From: Callorhinchus milii
Taxonomy: Eukaryota
NCBI RefSeq assembly: GCF_018977255.1
Contig: NW_024704743.1
Coordinates: 84,632,001-84,696,000, forward strand
Length of the DNA stretch: 64,000 bases
Direction of reading: 5' to 3'
In this document: one piece after another, positions 13,387-25,400 of the stretch
How the letters are laid out: every line of letters starts with the position of its first letter
Numbering within the stretch: the first letter of the stretch is position 1
Program-made: the position numbers and the translations under genes
Notes under the pieces: generated by a model
What the model was told of the DNA's origin: nothing
Databases searched by the model: none
What the model saw: the letters and a program-made list of their open reading frames with translations, nothing else

Positions 13387-16300
13387 CATTATGAGTTTAA
13401 TTAGCCTAAACATGCTTTAATGCAAAACTGTAATTTGAACAGAAACCAATCTGTAACATTCAATACATATTTCGATTTTTTTTGGTAAAATATTTGCCTG
13501 AATAACTGTAACCATGAAAAGATTATTAAGGTCTGTTCACAGCAGCAATCTACTGCATCTATTCATATTCTTGAGTAGATGTTTAACGTGTAGGCTGAAT
13601 AGATTGAGGGAGACTGATCTGTGCTCCAAATGTGACTTTTCCTGCTAAAGAGCATCATAATATCCTTTTGTCTGTATCACTTGCTACTGTACCTTGCAAT
13701 CTGGACATTAATAATGCAGCCTGCTTATGCAACTCATAATCGCCTTTTCCCCTCTATGGTTAACACATTAGACCAAACTACACAGTGCATACGAACCCTT
13801 TTTTGTTGCATCATTTGCAATACTTCTGAGAGCGAAAGCGTTTCTCCTGCCATAACAGTTTACAGTACCTTGCAGAAGCAGACAGATTGTGTCCTCGGTG
13901 CTCTGGCTGTATCACTCTGAGCTGCCTGCATCTCCTGGTAACGAACATCAAGAAAACAAACGTAATTAGGGTGGCCTCAGTTATTCCCAACTCTTGGGTT
14001 ATGTGTTTTTTTTAACCCCCCCACCCCCCCAAAAAAAAACGAGTGAGAGGGAGTGGAAGAAAAACCGACACACTATTTCCTGAAGCAAATTAAATTCCTC
14101 AGAAATATAAGGCATTGAGTAGCCTCATGAATCGCTGCGATGTTCTAACACTGAACAAAATAATAAGTGTGTGTTCCCCCCCCCCCCCCCCCTCCACCCC
14201 ACACCCACGGGGGGAAAAAATGTGTTCTAAAGTTAGAGAAATATATGAGGAGAGGGTTCAGGAGAATGAATGCACTTGCCATTTAGCTTTGCTCTTCGGG
14301 CTATTTTTTTTGGAATTGCCATCTACTTTCAGAAAGTCTAATTTTCTTGAAATTATTTTGTGTAAATACCCGGTGGTCTGTTGCTTCAAGGGATGTGAAG
14401 TCCTGTATCACAAGGACGGACTTTGTTTCACTGTGTAAATGAAACATTTGTTTCTGGAGTATCAGTGTGCCATTAACACCAACAAAACTGCCTAACTGTA
14501 AGGCTGCAGAATTCAAACTGCAGCTTAACGTAGCAGTACAGTGGCACAGTTAATGCTGGTCTGGTACAACATTAAAAAGTTGATCATGTTTTGCCGACTG
14601 AATTCAGGGATTTATTTGTGCAATGGACAAAACGATGTTTTGGTGTGTAACAAAGAGACATCTATCTGTTCCAGCCAGAAGAAGACCCTGTTATTTCGTG
14701 TCACCTATAATAATTATTCTGGTTTTGTCTTATCGTGCATCTGATCATGGTACAAAGCAACTTTTTTTTCTGTAAAACACAATTCGCGGCAAAATTACGT
14801 TTCAGACCCATGTCAGTGTAACTATCTGCTAAGACATCCTTTAGCAGTGACCAGGAAACATACTGTATGCACTGTGTTCATTGATATCAAACCTTCCCCG
14901 GTCACGATTGCTCCAATGGGGATTATTACAATTCCATCTTTCACATTCATAATCTCAGGAAACTAGTACAGTAATTACTAATGGATGGAATAACACAATG
15001 ACATTAAAACGATGCTGGGCGCTAACAATGCAAGGTGAAGTTTCGATTAATACATATAAAATGACATCATTGAATTTTTCTGATGAAATGCTTTAGAGAG
15101 GCAACCGAAAATTCAGCCCCACACACGAGAACTTTTGTTTATTACCAGAAGCTCACATCACAAGTGAAGTGAAAGGGGACAAATGTTTTTTTATTGCAGT
15201 CAGAAAAGGGAAAAGCCTGGAACAGTACCGAATCGTTGTTGTTGTGCCTGGTATATCTTACTCAAATGGTTTTAGAAACTGATCGATAACTTTGATAACT
15301 GCTTCATTTTGCGTTGGGGTGGGGTGGGGGGGGGGGTCTGAATGGCGTTTTCTTTCTTCTTTTTTTTGCTTTAAATGACAGTTTCTCCATCATCGGCCAA
15401 TAAAGATTAGCTGGCCAGATTATAAAGAAGCACGTTAATCTCACGTAGATCTTTATTCTGGCGTCTTTGTGATGATATTGATGATGTTGGGATAGTCGAC
15501 ATTTTTGTGGTGGGGGCAGCAATAGAAAGGGAGTAAGTTTCATGATAAAGCACTACAGCCATTCTGGCTATTCATCATAAGTCTGTACGAAGCAGATAGG
15601 TCAAAAGAAATTATATTCCACTAAAGAGTGTGTCTTCTTATCTCTCCTATACCAGGGGAATAAGGGACAAGCCGATCGATACAGTAGCTGCTGTATAGTT
15701 CTTGCAATTATCAATAGCTGATTTTTTCCCCGAGCTGGATTCCATAATGTTGGCTAATAATAACCTTCTGGATTGTGCTCCACGCATCAGTCAAACAATA
15801 GTTTATCTTGATAGAAAACAAAAGAAAAGGTATGAAAAGATTGCAAATAAAACAACGAAAAAAATATATTCAATTGATGCTTGACAGGCTGTTCGGTTTG
15901 GGCTGTGGTGGACCATTGCTGAGATTTACATTTGATGGAAACATTTATCATCGTGATCGCTGCAGAATGACAGGCGGTGCTATTAATTATACAATACAAT
16001 AACAATATGTTGGTACAATAACAATAAGTAATGTTGGTATGTTAGTAACTGCATTTTAAGGAGGTGAGAGCGCACTTACTTATCCAATATTTTAGACAAA
16101 AGAACGCTATTCTTCTGTTTCACGTTCATCTGAGGATGAGACAGGTCAACAAAAAGAAGTTCGGTTTGATTTGATTTTATTTCCCCAAATCAATGTGATT
16201 CCCCCTCCCCCCACCCACCCCACCCACCCCCCGAATATTTTGAACTGGTTGACATGTCAGTGCATGAAGTTATGATCCAGTACATGTGCAGACAGACACA

Positions 16301-18949
16301 GGACATAATCGCTGGGTGATATGCAGCAGAAAGAGCACAGCATCTCCAGATCGCCCGAGTGCATTCACACTGCTGACCAAACGATTCTGCCCTGACTGAC
16401 CCTCCTTTTGAAATTGATCCTTTTTTTTCATATAAATCAGTTTCCAAAAAAAAACGCTCAGCATATGATTTGCTCATCTAAGCATTCACTGACCCAAGCA
16501 CTATTAGTTTGAGGTACAGAAAAATAAAGCAGTGGCTGATAATTTAACCTGTCCAATACTTTCCCAAGCTTATTGTGCTGACGTGTGAAGAAGTCAGAGC
16601 GCAATGTAGTTCGAAGATATAAAGGCGTTGCATTTGTTTCTACTTCAAAAATGTTTAAGAACAGCTGTCACTTTGCATCCAAGAGAATCAAAGCATTTTA
16701 TTTTCAAACCCACCTTGAAACGCTTGGCGCTTGATTTAAATAATAAAGGGGTTAAATCGCGAATGCTCTCATTGCTTCAATTTGCTAGACTGGGATTCTG
16801 GAGCGAAAAAATATTTAGCAAGCGATTCACTTGCTTAAAGTGGCGAGGTTTTGGCTTTGCTCTCAAGTTTTACTGAAGTAATGTAACTCTGCTAAGGATT
16901 TTTTTAAAAATCAAGAGATTGTTTCCCCCCCCCCCACCACCACCCCCAACCAGTCCCAAACAACTCGCTTTTCTCGTAATATGAAGGGAATAGATTCGCT
17001 GGGAATACAGTATAGCTGTACTTATTGACACTTGAATACAGTAAATAGACATTTCAGATATTACTGAGCTGGTCCTTAAAGCCATGCACATTTTAAACGA
17101 GAAGGAAATGTGTTGTGGTTCAGTTTTTATCAAAGTTTTCAATTGCAATTGGTTTATTAAGGTCATTTACATTTCGATATTTACCACACTCAGTAGATCG
17201 CCATTCTAAGAGTTGATTGAATAGCTCTAATGGGAAATGAATTTCACATTCAGCAGGAAATATGAGTGCGATTTGCAACGAAGCTTCATTTTGCAATAGA
17301 CCAGAAAAGAAAATAACTTAGTCTCTGAGTAACGAATGGTGCAAATTTATTTAACAAATGATTTAGTCTTGATTCACGGAACACCAACTGGTTAAACAGT
17401 TGTCGATCCACATTTTTCTGGACTTTTCCAAACAGCCCGTTTGTTCCTTAAAATATCTCACACATTTACGGTCCCCGCCATGTAGACATTTCTTTACCGC
17501 TTTGACAGTGTTGCTTAAGGTGTAAAACAAATAATGCAAAAACGATACATTTGTCAACCGTATTTATTGATTCATTGTGTCTTTCCCACATTCATTTCAT
17601 GTTTCTGTAATTTGTGTTCAACGAAGCATTTTAAAGCATCATCTATTACAGAGCGTGTTTCTTGAAACGCATTTTGAAATGCAATAAAACGACAAATAAA
17701 GAAGACCCTCTCCCTTCACTTAAACATTGCACACCTTGGTGAGAGTTATAAAACACGTAGGTGAACCAGATGCAATCTTTCGTTAGTCCCCCCTGTGCAT
17801 CACGTTTTATTGCACGGTGATAAGGCATCGTATGTATTTGAAGTACATTACTGTTGCATTGGGGCGCGCTGAATGAAGCAACGTTCATATCATAAAGTTC
17901 AACAAAATGTTGCTATCGTCAAAAGATTGTAATGCTGAGGGGAAAACAGTGCGTTGTGATAGTCCCGGTGCTGACGCAAAGGCGTATCCACTGCCAGGTC
18001 CCTCTCCCCACCCCCCCACCACCCCCACATCCACCCAACAGGCGGGTTTGTAAACAGCTGCTGTGCTGTTGCAGCAAATGGGTTGAAGTATTTTGCAATT
18101 TTCTCTGGATGATGAAAACAAGAAATGAGGGAAAATGAGAAAGGCAGCGAGCTGGGGTGGGGGGGGGTGGGGGGGCGGGGGGGGGGTGGGTGTTGGGGGA
18201 GGGAGATGGATTTCAAAAGTCTAAGAGACGTGATGGGAGACTTAAGAAATAAAGGAAATACCAAAGTGATTCTTGTGTGTGGATAGAGAGGGAGAGGAGG
18301 GAGAGAGAGAGAGAGAGAGAGCGGTGCTGATGTTTGAGTACTTTGTGAAACAGTAACTGTCTGGTACATCCTAGCGGCGGCTCTCTGCAGTGTTGCTCCG
18401 CCGCTGCCGAGCTGTGCCGAGCAGCTCCCAACTTGTTGGCTCAGTCACAGTCCTCACACACACACACACACATATACACATGTACACACCACATACATAC
18501 ACACACTCAGACACGCAAGGACGGACGCTCGTTAGGTTTTTACACCGACAATCTCTTCTACACTGTTTTGGGGGTGTGGGGGGAGAAACCTGTAAGTGCA
18601 TCCCTCAGATGGCCGACAATTTTACTAAGGGCTAAATCATCATATGATTTATATATACGTATATACTGTATATAAAACACTGTTGTTGTAGTGGTTGAAA
18701 GATGTTGGTTTGTTTGCCCATCGTTTGCTCTTCCCCCCCCCCCCCCCCCCCACCCTCTGCTTTCTTACACTCGGCAGTAGGGAAAGCTATCGATTCGATG
18801 GAAAACCCTTCAGCAAAGCCGGGCACAGGGCGCCTGGGAGCCGGGCACAGGAGGACGTGACTCGGGGCGCTTCTCCTCGTATTAAGGATGGCCTCTCGCT
18901 CTGCTCTCTCGCTTTCGAGTCCCTGTCGCCTTCTCTGTCTCTTGATCGC

Positions 18950-19097
18950 AAACACACAGGGCGACAGCACACACACACACTACACTACACCACACACACA
19001 CACTACACTACACACACACACACACACTACACACACACACACACACACTCTACACTACACACACACACACACCACACTACACTACACACACACACAC
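18950..19097. repeat. Compound (CA)n/(CACTA)n microsatellite
   Basis: Directly visible. Confidence 0.95.
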
Positions 19098-19198
19098 AGG
19101 AGAGAAGAGAGAAAAGTTTTTTTTTGTTTTAAAACAAACCTGGTTTCTACCACCAGAACGGAAATAGCCACCCAAGATTTGAACAGAATACATCCACC

Positions 19199-19232
<34 letters not shown>

Positions 19233-19855
19233 GAGAGAGAGCGAGAAACAAATGCACGCACCACACTCGCAATGTAAACATTATATGTCAATATTATTTT
19301 TATAGCAGATTCGTAGAATAAACCTACCCACGTATACAGCAGACAAATTCATTCACGGGAGACACGCACATGTACACGCACATTGGAGAGGGAGAAACTC
19401 TCACGCACACAGCAATTCACAAACACATATAGAAACTCACACAACGCGCACACATCCAACTGTAAACACAGTGTAAACACCGTACAATCAATACGCGGGA
19501 TATATGTAAATGAAGGAGAAGGGAGGAAGGAGACAGAGGGAGAAGGAAGGGTGGGAGAGGGAGAGGGAGAGAGAAAAAAAGGAATATACGACTTTGCAAA
19601 CGAGAAAGAGAGGAGAGGAGGAGAGGTGAGGTGAGGAGGGGAGGGGAGGGGAGGGGAGGAAACACACTGCACTCCTTCTGCAGAGAGATCTCAAACTGAA
19701 TCCTAACAAAGTATGTCAACAATGTTAGTCTCGGGCCGCCCCACACTCACACTCACACACTCACACACACTCACACACATGGAGGGAGAGGGGACGCGCT
19801 GCCTGCGAGGCGCCCGGCGGCTAATTGATGAGTCAGTCGGTCGGTCGGGGCGGGG

Positions 19856-20370
19856 TGGCGGGGGGTGGGGGGGGGATGGCTGAGGGTGGGTGGGGGGTGG
19901 CTGCTCGGGCGGGTGTGTGGGGGGTGGCTGCTGTGGGTGGGGGGTGGGTGGGGGGTGGCTGCTCGGGGTGGGTGGGTGGGTGGGGGGTGGCTGCTGGGGG
20001 GGGGTGGGTGGGGGTGGCTGCTGGGGGTGGGTGGGTGGGGGGTGGGTGGGGGGTGGCTGCTGTGGGTGGGTGGGTGGGGGGTGGCTGCTGTGGGTGGGGG
20101 GTGGGTGGGGGGTGGCTGCTCGGGGTGGTGGGTGGGTGGGGGGTGGCTGCTGGGGTGGGGGGGGTGGGGGGTGGCTGCTGGGGTGGGTGGGTGGGGGGTG
20201 GCTGCTGGGGTGGGTGGGTGGTGGGTGGGTGGGGTGGCTGCTGGGGGTGGGTGGGTGCTGTGGGGGTGGCTGCTGGGGGTGGGTGGGTGGTGGGTGGGGG
20301 TGGCTGCTGGGGGTGGGTGGGGGGGTGGGTGGGTGGGGGGTGGCTGCTGGGGGTGGGTGGGGGGCGGGCG
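19856..20370 (+). repeat. G-rich minisatellite: ~15 copies of core GGTGGCTGCT separated by (G3-6T)n; G-quadruplex-prone
   Basis: Counted about 15 GGTGGCTGCT cores with a period of roughly 27-40 nt. The + strand is almost free of A over ~490 nt. Confidence 0.9.
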
Positions 20371-20384
20371 TGAGGGGTATTTTG

Positions 20385-20625
20385 CTCCTCGCCTGTGATT
20401 TGAATAATCTCCAAGTGTCCCCCCCTCTGGAGAGCAGCCAATCCGCTGTCAGGAGCGGCGATGATTAATCGCAATGCATTATTGATAATCATAATTATAT
20501 GGTGACATGCGCACTCCACGGCCCCGCAGCTAATTTCCGTAATTTTGCAACTCGGGGTATTTGTGAAATTTTTTTTTTTTTTATTTGTTGCTGATGTATC
20601 TGCCACCACCACCACCACCACCACC
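20385..20625 (+). promoter_or_regulatory. SALL3 proximal promoter / 5' UTR
   Basis: CCAAT at 20438-20442, CTGTCA (TALE class) at 20446-20451, TGATTAAT (Pbx-Hox-like) at 20462-20469, then an AT-rich ATGCATTATTGATAATCATAATTA block directly upstream of exon 1. Exact TSS unknown. Confidence 0.7.
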
Positions 20626-20683
20626 ATGTCGCGCCGCAAGCAATCCAAGCCCCAGCATCTCAAGTCGGACGAGGAAGCAGTAG
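20594..20683 (+). other. Out-of-frame overlapping upstream ORF, 29 aa (MYLPPPPPPPPCRAASNPSPSISSRTRKQ*)
   Basis: ATG 32 nt upstream of the main ATG in a weak context (gctgATGt); (CCA)8 at 20603-20626; TAG at 20681-20683. The ORF is directly visible; its translation is not shown. Confidence 0.55.
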
Positions 20684-20701
20684 CAATAGTTTCGGAAAAT
20701 T
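20626..20701 (+). CDS. SALL3: SALL3 coding exon 1 (MSRRKQSKPQHLKSDEEAVAIVSEN + 1 nt), N-terminal NuRD-recruitment motif
   Basis: ATG at 20626 in ccaccATG context. The MSRRKQxKPQH motif is typical of SALL/FOG/BCL11 proteins, and LKSDEE matches SALL3. Donor T|GTAAGT at 20702 (phase 1). Confidence 0.95.
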
Positions 20702-22068
20702 GTAAGTCTGATCTTTCTTTTTCTTTACCCCCTCCTCACCCCTCACCCCCCCCACACACTTACTTTCTTACCTCTCTTTCTCCCTTTATTTTTACACCCC
20801 CCCCCCTCCTTTTTTTTCCCCCCCCAACCCCCCCCCTCCTCTCCCCTCTCCTCTCCCCCACACCCATCAACAAATAATCTTAATTCTTCTCGTTATCTGG
20901 GTTTGGATGTGTTTCATGCGAGTGCTTTTCTTTTAATTTGGTGGTTGTGCCGCTGTTTATCCTTATTCTTATTATTATCTGAACAGAAAAAATACTCTGC
21001 ACCCCCCCCCCCCACACACACACACACATCCCCACCATACCCCCCCCCCCCCAAAAAAAAAATAAAGTAGGGAGGAAACGTGTGAAAAGATGGGGAGAGG
21101 GAGGTGGTGATGATGGTGGGGGGGGGGGGGGTGTTGGGATGTGGGGTTGGAGGGGAAGAGAGAGAGAGAGAGGGAGAGAGAAAACAGTGGGGATTTTAAA
21201 TAAAGCTTGCATCATATTTTGTGGTAACTTCCAACTCCAAAAAAAGGAGCCAGATGTAATGTTTGTACAGATAACCCCTCACCACCCACCCACCCACCCA
21301 CCCACCCACCTAACCCCCACCCATCTAACTCCCCTTTCTGTGGACTTTGGAACGAGAGCTACTGCGATTATAATTCTGTTGGATGTTTTTCTCTCTCTCT
21401 CTCTCTCATTCCCTCTCTCTCTCTCTCTCTCTCTGTCTGCAAAGAAAAAAAAGAGAAGGGAACGATTTTTGTTTGCCACCTTTATTAGCAAAACGTTAGG
21501 GAGTTTTGACTGGGAAGGGAGTGAGTGAGTGAGTGAGTGAGTGAGAGAGAGACTGAGCGGAGTTTCGTGCTGGACGAGTTCTGCGAGTCTTTCAGAAGTG
21601 AAGTTGATGCTTTGGGTTACTTTTTTTTTCGCGACGAGCGAGTAGCGGGTTATCTTTATTTGTACAGTTAAGAGATATAAATGATTAAGATCTTTTTTTA
21701 AAAAAAATTGGTTGGAAGTGTTGAGTTTCTTTGTGTGTGTGAGGGGGTGAGGGGGTGGGTGGGGGGGGGTGTTGATGTGTGTGTGTGTGTGGGGGGGGGG
21801 GGGGTTGGAGAGACACATTGGGGCGGGTTGCATGCTGTCCCCCTCGCTCCTCTCAAGAGTTTATGTGTGTAGGGGGTGGGGGGTGAGGGAGACAGACACA
21901 GTTGAGGTCGGGGTTGCAAACATGCAGGACGCGGGGTCTCGGTCCCCGGAAACCAAACTCCCACACACTTTTGACTGCCTACAAATCCCCCTCAGACACG
22001 CGTATTTCTAAGAAACCTTGCAATACGCGGATTTCCAAATAACAGATGCGTCCGAAAACACGGTTAAG

Positions 22069-22235
22069 CACACACACAGATACACACACACACAGAGACA
22101 CAGACAGACACACACACACACACACACAGATACACACACACACAGAGACACAGACACAGAGACACACACACACACACACAAATACACACACACACAGAGA
22201 CACACACACACACACACACAGATACACACACACAG

Positions 22236-22263
<28 letters not shown>
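22069..22263. repeat. Compound (CA)n microsatellite with GA/TA interruptions
   Basis: Directly visible. Other (CA/TG)n or (GA)n tracts lie at ~7195-7225, 18296-18322, 18455-18510, 19199-19242, 21390-21435, 22431-22460 and 62282-62318. Confidence 0.95.
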
Positions 22264-22266
<3 letters not shown>

Positions 22267-22429
22267 CCGGGTCAGTGTAGATACGCGCACGGCCGGATCT
22301 TGTAACTTTGAAGTTGGGCAGCATTTGATCGACAGACAGACAGACAGCAGACAGACAGACAGTGTTTGACGAGTATCAGCGACTTGTGGTCGGTGAAGGA
22401 CATCCTGGTTCGTTCGTCTTTGGCAGAAG

Positions 22430-22462
<33 letters not shown>

Positions 22463-25400
22463 TGTGCTGAGGCACAACTGTGGAGCGCGTTTGCATTTAT
22501 ATTTGCTCCACAGAAGCATTGATGTCCGGGTTAAGAGATGGCAGGAGGGGTTGGGTGAAGGGTCAGTGTGTGTGTGTGACTGTGGGTGTGTGTTAAAAGA
22601 AATGATCAGAAAGCCGGACGCCGTGGTCTCTCAGCTTGACCTGCCAGCCATCTTTGATTTCTCACTTCATTCCTCTGCACCCACACCCCCACCAACCCCA
22701 TCCCACCCCCCACCATCACTTCATTCATTTATTTGCTTTTTCATTTTTTTTAAAAAAACAAAAGAAAAAAATAAAGGGTAGAGGCAAAACGCGCTCTGCC
22801 CCGATTTAAGTGGATTCATAATAATATATGTATAAAGGAACAAGTGTAGGTCCTTCTGTCTCCCCCTCCCCCCCCCCCCCCCCCACACACACACTCACTC
22901 CCCTCACTCACTCACCCCCTTCACTCCCTCCCTCACTCCCCTCCCCCTCCCTCCCTCCCTCACCCCCTCCAGCCCCTGCACCGCAAACCAACGCAACAGC
23001 CGCGATGCTGCAGAACCCAAACGAGAGGGAAACCCCCCCAACCCCCACCCCACCCCCACCCCACCCAAGTAAAAGTGGTCAAGTTGAAAAGGAAAACAAA
23101 ATGTAAGAACCCGCACCGAAATGTGACCCAAGTTTCGAGTGTTGCCCTTTTCTGTTTGCAAAGAGAGCGTCAAAAGAACTTGGGTGGGAAAGCATTTGCA
23201 GTCAGTTTCCTCCCAAATGCAGGAGAGGGGGTGACCGCCTGCTCCAGGTTGTATAATTCATTAACCCCCTCCCCCCCCCCCTTTTTTCCCCCCCCCCCTC
23301 CTGTCTTTTTTCCATCCACATATACACATATATATATCAGAAAAAGAGAGGAATTTCCTCAAAAGCGTATTGCGCTTAAAACCATTAAAAGACAGGGACT
23401 CGGGGTCACCGCAGTTTCACGAAGGAATGGGAAAAAACTGTCAAGGACCGGAGGGGTTGTTTTTGTTTTCGTTCGCGATCCAATTTAAGGGGAAAAAGGG
23501 GGGCGAAAGCCGCCGCGAGTCGCGGCTCCGTCCTTCGCGAACGTTTCGGGCTACAATGTACCACAATGTACATACAACGTGCGTCGCGATGAAAGATTGT
23601 AAAATAAGAGTTTCGCTCAAAAGACCCCGAAACGCGCCACAAACTTTTTGATTCGGTCCGATCAGGTCGGGTCAGATGCATTTTTTTTTACACACATAAA
23701 CATCTCGATTTATTAATCCGCAGATTTATTCCAACCCCCCAACGCCCCTTTCCCCTCCACTCTACACCCCCCCCCCACCCCCACCTTCCCTCTCTCCCCC
23801 CTTCCCACCTCCCACCCTCCCCCCCCAAAAAAAGCTTCAACTTCAAAAAAACATAGCAACATTTGCGCATCTGAACCAAATATTCACTGCAGAAAACAAT
23901 CGCCTTTTGGTTATCTCTGTAAGTTACGCGCGCACCAAAGCCGCACAATAACATTTGCCTTTTTTTTTCAAATCTTTTTTTTTTCTGGGGGTAAAAAAAA
24001 ACTTCACGTGACTTTCACAGCTATTTGTTCAGACGAAATGTAAATCTCCTATTTTGGGGGATTATTCTCACCTTTGCAGTGCAGATTTTGAACGGCAGAA
24101 ACGTTCCCCCCCAAAAAAAACACAGAGAGAGAGAGAGAGAGAGAGAAACGCTGCATATGGTAAGGTAGATGAAGTGCAAAGTATCTTTTTGTCATGGAAA
24201 TGTTTTTTGTTTACTTCATCACGTAGAATTTCTCACACTTGGTTTATTTTGTATCGTCCTCAATGACTACATGGCCGGATGAATGGATTTATTTCTGCGG
24301 GGGGGGGGAAAAGACAGCCTCACGCTCAAAAGGAGTACACACACTGCAATCCCAGTGTGGAATTTTTTGCATTATTATTGTGAGCTGTGAATAGCTGCAA
24401 ATCGGCTGTCACAGGCGACCGGTATAACAATGTGAGGATTTTAGAGCTTAAAAGACTTTGGTATTAAACGCGACAGAGGCCTTTCGCAAACGATCCATAT
24501 TTTTATTGCCTTCTTGTGCGAAAGATTTCGTAACAGCAGTTAAATATTTACCCACGAACTTCCATGCGCGATTGACACAAGTGAAACATGGTCCTCCCAA
24601 CACATGAGTCAATAGCATTTCTGAGTCGTGGGGTTTTGACTTGTCTCATCGCTGTTTTGCTAAAGTGACCTGTTCACCATGTCCGCAATCTGCAATCTGT
24701 TGGAGAGTTTTCACAGAGCTCGCGAACCAGCCATTTGGCTGCTGAAGTTTTATTTTAGTATTCACACATTCAAGTGGGATTGTGGTACAGTGCGGTGGTT
24801 TAATCAGATCTTACCATCTTCAATCTGGAAGTCAACAGAGGAACTGATTGGAGTTCAGAGTTAGAGGTATGAGTGGCTCGCAGATTTTTTTCCCCACCGG
24901 CAGTGAATAGCAACTGAATAGCACTATCAGTCAAGTTTACATTTTGCTATTTAATGGAGTGGGAAGTGGCTATATTTTATTTTTTTCTTTAATCCTTTGG
25001 TAATTCAGAACTGAAGTAATGGATCATTAAGTTACATTTTCTCTGGCTGGAAATGGTTAAACGCATTGAAGTCAGTGGTGTGTGTGTGTATGTGTGTGCA
25101 TATACAGTGTAAGAAATATTTATTTGTCACAATTTATCAAATTATGTAAAATCCAGGCTCTTTATAACACATTGCAGTTTAAAATGGAATTTCCATTACT
25201 ACGCCCTACCATACGGTTATATTTCATTAAATGTTTCTAATCCTATAGAATTAAGATGATCAAATTGGATACTTCTATTTATGTGCCCTGCAGAATGCAA
25301 CACCGTAAATGTGTATGTGCTAACTCCTAAAAGTGCAGTAGAATGAAATGCTTTCAGTTTAACATAATGGCATAATGTAATGAGAAACTTGACTATTTGA

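Larger units (their letters stand above)
18300..24100. promoter_or_regulatory. CpG-rich promoter domain around exon 1, broken up by simple repeats
   Basis: Visibly high CpG density (e.g. 18371-18425, 18815-18930, 19790-19855, 21555-21650, 23500-23670) compared with CpG-poor flanks. Boundaries judged by eye. Confidence 0.7.

Noticed and set aside
19856..20370. CRISPR-like repeat-spacer array
   Set aside because: Spacers are low-complexity G/T runs rather than unique sequence; vertebrate context and no cas genes.
19825..20663. Long Gly/Trp/Val-rich and Pro/His/Thr-rich ORFs (177-276 aa) on both strands
   Set aside because: By-products of the A-free G-rich minisatellite, which cannot contain stop codons; no domain signal.
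18888..22496. HT/CV-repeat ORFs
   Set aside because: Translations of (CA)n/(TG)n microsatellites.
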